From: an uncultured Planctomycetales bacterium
GTDB lineage: Bacteria; Planctomycetota; UBA1135
Assembly (NCBI GenBank): GCA_964453755.1
Contig: CAYVPL010000001.1
Coordinates: 1-39,524 of the forward strand
Length of the DNA stretch: 39,524 nucleotides
Direction of reading: 5' to 3'
Positions 36,151 to 39,524 of this stretch are shown here, one piece after another. Numbering within the stretch: the first letter of the stretch is position 1; the number at the start of each line of letters is the position of its first letter. A program made the translations under genes and the position numbers. The notes below the pieces were generated by a model. The model ran no database searches and was not told where the DNA came from. It was given only the letters and a program-made list of their open reading frames with translations.

Positions 36151-36946
36151 GCTCGCGGTTTCCCTGGTCTCCCACGCGCCCGACTTCGCGGTGCTCGAGC
36201 GCACGCTGGCGGCGCTGGAGCGCGCGGCGGCCCATGCTCGCGCCGCCGGCGCGCTCGCCGGACACCATCTCACGATCGTGGATCACGGCCCGGGCACGGA
36301 GCACGCCGCGCGCCTGCGGGCGACCGGCGCGCGCCTGCTCGAACCGGGGCACAACCGCGGCTTCGGCGCCGGCCACAATCAGGCGCTGCGCGGCGCAACG
36401 GCCGAGTTCGCGCTGATCCTGAACCCCGACGCGGTGATGGCGGAGGACGCGCTGACCGCCGGCCTCGCCTTCCTGCGCGCGCATCCGGACGTCGTGCTGG
36501 CCGCGCCGCAGGTGGACACCGGCCCCGGCGGGCCGCGGCACTTGTGCAAGCGCGAGCCGGATCCCTGGACGCTCTTCGTGCGCGGCTTCGGCCCGGCCTG
36601 GCTGCGCCGCCGCTGCCGCGCGCGCCTCGAGCGTTACGCGCTGGCCGATCTGGATCCGGAACTCGAACGTCTCGACGTCCCGCTGGCGAGCGGCAGTTTC
36701 ATGCTCCTGCGCACGGCCGCCTTCCACGTGGTGGGCGGATTCGACGAGCGCTTCTTCCTCTACTTCGAGGACTTCGACCTCTGCCGGCGCCTGCGCGCGG
36801 CCGGCGGCCGCATCGGCTACGCGCCGCAGATGATCATTTCCCATTACGCCGGCGGGGCAGCGCGCAAAGGCGGCCCGCACCGGCGCCTGTTCCTCGCGTC
36901 GGCCTGGAAATATTTCCGCCGCTACGGTTTCCGGCCACCCGGCTAG
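36131..36946 (+). CDS. GT2 glycosyltransferase (WbbL/rhamnosyltransferase-like)
   Basis: 20-nt overlap with wzt. Contains VSLVSHAP...GHNRGFGAGHNQAL...LNPD...FFLYFEDFDLCRR. Confidence 0.8.
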   Translation: MKPPAPELAVSLVSHAPDFAVLERTLAALERAAAHARAAGALAGHHLTIVDHGPGTEHAARLRATGARLLEPGHNRGFGAGHNQALRGATAEFALILNPDAVMAEDALTAGLAFLRAHPDVVLAAPQVDTGPGGPRHLCKREPDPWTLFVRGFGPAWLRRRCRARLERYALADLDPELERLDVPLASGSFMLLRTAAFHVVGGFDERFFLYFEDFDLCRRLRAAGGRIGYAPQMIISHYAGGAARKGGPHRRLFLASAWKYFRRYGFRPPG

Positions 36947-36955
36947 ACTGCCGGG

Positions 36956-38083
36956 ATGCGGCCGCTTTCCTTCCTCATTCCCGCCGCGGCTCTGCTCCTC
37001 GCCGCCTGCGGCGGGTCCTCGGCGCAGCCGGCGCCGGAGCGGGCAATGACCGGCGTGCTCGACGGCTTCCATCCCGCCGCCGTCGCCTTCGCCGCGCAGG
37101 TGAGCCGCGAGTTCGAGGACAACGAGCTCGATCCGGAGGAGTTGCGCCGCTGCAGCGGCTTCGCCCAGTTGTTGGCCGCCTCGCAGAAAGTCGCGAAGGA
37201 CTTCCCGGTCGCCGAGGCGGACCAGGAACACCTGGCCTACTTCGCGCTGTGCCTCGGCAGCGTGCGCGAGAAGCCGGAGGCGTGGGCGTTGCGACAGCAC
37301 GCGGATCCGGGCAGCGGAGGCGGGGCGCTCGCCAGTCTGGACCTGCCGCCGGACCAAACCGGCTCGGCGACCTTCCTGGTGCGCATCGCGCCGGATCCGA
37401 AGAAGGGATGGAAGTTGGCCAGTTGGCCGCCGCGCCGGCGCGAAGCCTTCCAACCCTATCCTCCGGACAGTCCGCGCCTGCACCTGCAGTCTTGGGCCGC
37501 CGGCTCGGTGCCGCCGGACGTGCAGGAGCGCTTCCGCAAGCAATTCGGCTCCGAGATTCCCGCGGACTCCGCGTATGCGGAGGTCGAGTGGCAGCGCGTC
37601 GTGGTTCACCACTCTCTGATGGCGAACGCGGAAGGCGCTGATCCTTGGCAGCGGCTGAAGCTGACCGTGCAAGACGTGCTGATCCCGATGCGCGTTCAAG
37701 ACGATGCCGGATTGCCCGCCGAGCCTCTGGTGATTCTGGCCGGCCCCGACGTGCCCTCTTCCCTGGTCTTGGGAGTGCTGGAATCGCTGGCCCAACCGAA
37801 AACGCGCTGGCCGCAGATCTGGATCGGCCTGCCCGGCGAGATGCTGGACCGTTGTTTCCTCTTGGACCAGCGTCCCGCTTGGGAGGCCAGCGCCGGGGAC
37901 GTGATCCTGAACCTCGGCGGCAGCGAAGACGAATGGGCCGCGGCCCTCGCCGGCAGCGCCGCGGGCGGAGCCGTCGGCCTGCGCATCGATCCCGCCCTGC
38001 CGGCCTCAGCCCTGTTCGCCGATCTCGAGAGCCTGCAGCAGCGCAAGCTGGCCCGGATCTTCATCGCCCTGCCGGCGCCCTGA
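36956..38083 (+). CDS. Lipoprotein of unknown function (375 aa)
   Basis: Has a signal peptide with a lipobox (LLLAAC). It starts 9 nt after the GT2 gene. Its composition is protein-like, whereas the antisense 579-aa ORF is Arg/Gly-rich shadow. Confidence 0.7.
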   Translation: MRPLSFLIPAAALLLAACGGSSAQPAPERAMTGVLDGFHPAAVAFAAQVSREFEDNELDPEELRRCSGFAQLLAASQKVAKDFPVAEADQEHLAYFALCLGSVREKPEAWALRQHADPGSGGGALASLDLPPDQTGSATFLVRIAPDPKKGWKLASWPPRRREAFQPYPPDSPRLHLQSWAAGSVPPDVQERFRKQFGSEIPADSAYAEVEWQRVVVHHSLMANAEGADPWQRLKLTVQDVLIPMRVQDDAGLPAEPLVILAGPDVPSSLVLGVLESLAQPKTRWPQIWIGLPGEMLDRCFLLDQRPAWEASAGDVILNLGGSEDEWAAALAGSAAGGAVGLRIDPALPASALFADLESLQQRKLARIFIALPAP

Positions 38084-38085
38084 GC

Positions 38086-38595
38086 ATGAAGGCCGCTTGC
38101 TCAGTTCTGCTGGCCGCCGCGCTGCTGCCGGCCTGCAGCGAGCAACGGGCGCTGCGCACGGAGCATCCGGCACAGTTGGTCGAAGATCTTGCCCGCAGCC
38201 TGATCGGTCCGGCCCGCGACTGGCTGGAGGAGGAGCAGTCGCGTGAGGAAGACCTCACCCTGGGCCACCCCTCCAGCGCCGAAATCTCCAGCCACGCCAT
38301 CAACTTCATGCGCCTGGTGGATCACGCGCGCGGCCGCCTGGAGCCGCAGCTGCCGTCCGGGACGCGCGGCGTGCCGGTGCCGGCGAGTTTGAGCAACAAC
38401 TTGCGCATCCTCGCCGCCAGCCTCGGCGCGGCAGCGCCTGAGGAAGTCACTGCCGCCGAAGAATCGCGCACGCCCAACTCCGCGCGCGTGCGCTTGACGA
38501 TTGCTCCCGCGGATCAGGAAGTCCGCTTCTGGATCTTCACTCTCGAGCGCCGCGACGAGATCTGGCGCTTCACGGCCGCGCCGCGCCGCGGATAG
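38086..38595 (+). CDS. Small lipoprotein of unknown function (169 aa)
   Basis: The ATG at 38086 is 2 nt after the upstream stop. Has a lipobox (ALLPAC). Confidence 0.65.
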   Translation: MKAACSVLLAAALLPACSEQRALRTEHPAQLVEDLARSLIGPARDWLEEEQSREEDLTLGHPSSAEISSHAINFMRLVDHARGRLEPQLPSGTRGVPVPASLSNNLRILAASLGAAAPEEVTAAEESRTPNSARVRLTIAPADQEVRFWIFTLERRDEIWRFTAAPRRG

Positions 38596-38604
38596 CATTC
38601 CCCA

Positions 38605-39524
38605 ATGCCGGCAGTCCGCCGTCGAGAGTCGCGCAGCCTCGTGCTCCAGGCCCTGAAGGCCTGGCTGCAGAAGCCCGACGGCGGCCCGCTGCGCCTCGAC
38701 GGCATGCACCCCGCCGACGTCGCGGACGTGCTGTGGCTGGACTTGGACGACGAGGATTCCCGCCGCATCTTCCGCGCCCTCCCGGAGGAAGAGTCCGCCG
38801 CGGTGCTGGAAGAAACCGATCCGCGTTATCAATCCGTGCTGCTCGGCGGCGCCGATCCGCAGTGGATCGGCCGTCTCGTCGGCCGCCTGCCCTCCGACGA
38901 CGCCACCGACGTGGTCGCGCAGCTGCCGGAGGAAGTGCGCGGCGAAGTCATGTGCTTCGTCACGCCGGAGGACGCGGCCGAGATCCGCCACCTCGCCGAG
39001 TACGCGCCAGACACCGCCGGCGGCATCATGACCACCAACTTTCTCACCGCGCGCGCGGACGAGAAGGTCGGCGACGTGCTCAAGCGCATCAAGCGCGACG
39101 AGGGCGAGGCCGAGACGGTCTACGTCGTCTACGTGGTGGACGGGCGCGGCGCGCTGCAGGGCGTGGTGTCCACGCGCGAATTGTTGGAAGCGGGCATCCA
39201 CCAGGATCTGCACGACATCATGAATCCGGACGTCATCCACGCCAAAGTGGACGACGACCGCGAGGAAGTGGCGCGCCGCCTCCTGCACTACAACCTCACG
39301 ATGATCCCGGTGGTGGACGCGCGCGGCCTGATCGTCGGCCTCATCACCGGCGACGACGCGCTGGAAGTGCTCGAGCGCGAGGGCTCGGAAGACGCGCTGC
39401 TGCTGGCCGGCGCCGGCGTCCATTCCGACCTGGCCGATTCCGCCGTCGCCAAAGTGCTGCGCCGCGCGCCGATGCTGGTGGTTCCGGTGGTGGCCGGCCT
39501 GCTGATCTCCAAAATCGTCCACAC
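38605..39524 (+). CDS. mgtE: Magnesium transporter MgtE, N-terminal ~306 aa (gene runs off the right edge)
   Basis: My own translation from the ATG at 38605 gives ...HPADVADVL...LPSDDATDVV...DTAGGIMTT...CBS pair (VYVVDGRGALQGVVSTRELL; IPVVDARGLIVGLITGDDALEVLE), then the first TM segment. It is absent from the ORF track because there is no stop in the window. Confidence 0.88.
   Translation, partial: MPAVRRRESRSLVLQALKAWLQKPDGGPLRLDGMHPADVADVLWLDLDDEDSRRIFRALPEEESAAVLEETDPRYQSVLLGGADPQWIGRLVGRLPSDDATDVVAQLPEEVRGEVMCFVTPEDAAEIRHLAEYAPDTAGGIMTTNFLTARADEKVGDVLKRIKRDEGEAETVYVVYVVDGRGALQGVVSTRELLEAGIHQDLHDIMNPDVIHAKVDDDREEVARRLLHYNLTMIPVVDARGLIVGLITGDDALEVLEREGSEDALLLAGAGVHSDLADSAVAKVLRRAPMLVVPVVAGLLISKIVH

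Noticed and set aside
36906-36917. 12-nt perfect palindrome GGAAATATTTCC
   Set aside because: It lies inside the GT2 coding sequence (WKYFR), is a single copy, and has no supporting context for a binding site.
36056-37795. 579-aa minus-strand ORF (and 38101..39522, 473 aa) opposite the GT2, lipoprotein and mgtE genes
   Set aside because: These are shadow frames. The plus-strand frames give GT2 motifs, lipobox signal peptides and MgtE CBS domains.
1-39524. Search for tRNA/rRNA genes, CRISPR repeats, transposase/integrase genes, terminal inverted repeats, toxin-antitoxin or known defence-system genes, and riboswitches upstream of mgtE, moaB and the Met genes
   Set aside because: None was seen. 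Intergenic space is almost absent (mostly 0-25 nt) apart from 4187-4508 and 19976-20211, and no repeated spacer-like arrays or low-GC islands were observed. This was by-eye inspection only, so covariance-model scans (tRNAscan, Rfam) remain worthwhile.

Overview
This is a very GC-rich (by eye about 70% G+C, not computed), tightly packed chromosomal segment from a diderm, LPS-making bacterium. RNase HIII and the abundance of sulfotransferases hint at a PVC/planctomycete-like lineage, but that is only a guess. I support about 39 protein-coding genes, many joined by 1-4 nt start/stop overlaps. I saw no rRNA, tRNA, CRISPR array, transposase, integrase or obvious defence genes. Most long ORFs in the supplied track are GC-rich shadow frames. 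From left to right the window holds: a parA fragment, a BshC-C-terminal-like protein, pyrF, hemW and a sigma-70 factor (all minus strand); parB with an internal perfect parS; a membrane-anchored divergent cyclophilin-like protein; a large lipoprotein coupled to an HExxH peptidase; a DUF374 acyltransferase, rnhC and moaB; a minus-strand operon kdsD-kdsC-(778-aa LptC/LptA-like protein)-lptD-tatA; an M50 protease, scpA, trxA, fmt, a small membrane protein, a TIM-barrel isomerase, nhaA and a Kef-type antiporter; a Cys/Met PLP enzyme plus a LeuA-like synthase (minus strand); a nine-gene plus-strand glycan operon; two lipoproteins; and the 5' part of mgtE. Three things are most worth a second look. 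(1) The 28.2-36.9 kb operon combines rmlC/rmlD, glycosyltransferases and a Wzm/Wzt exporter with three sulfotransferases of different families, one with a coiled-coil tail. I read it as a candidate pathway for a sulfated rhamnose-type surface glycan. (2) A single giant membrane-anchored LptC/LptA-like protein sits where separate lptC and lptA normally are. (3) An A/T-rich 8-9-mer, TCTGACAA(T), is strongly over-represented inside coding regions and is written with rare codons.
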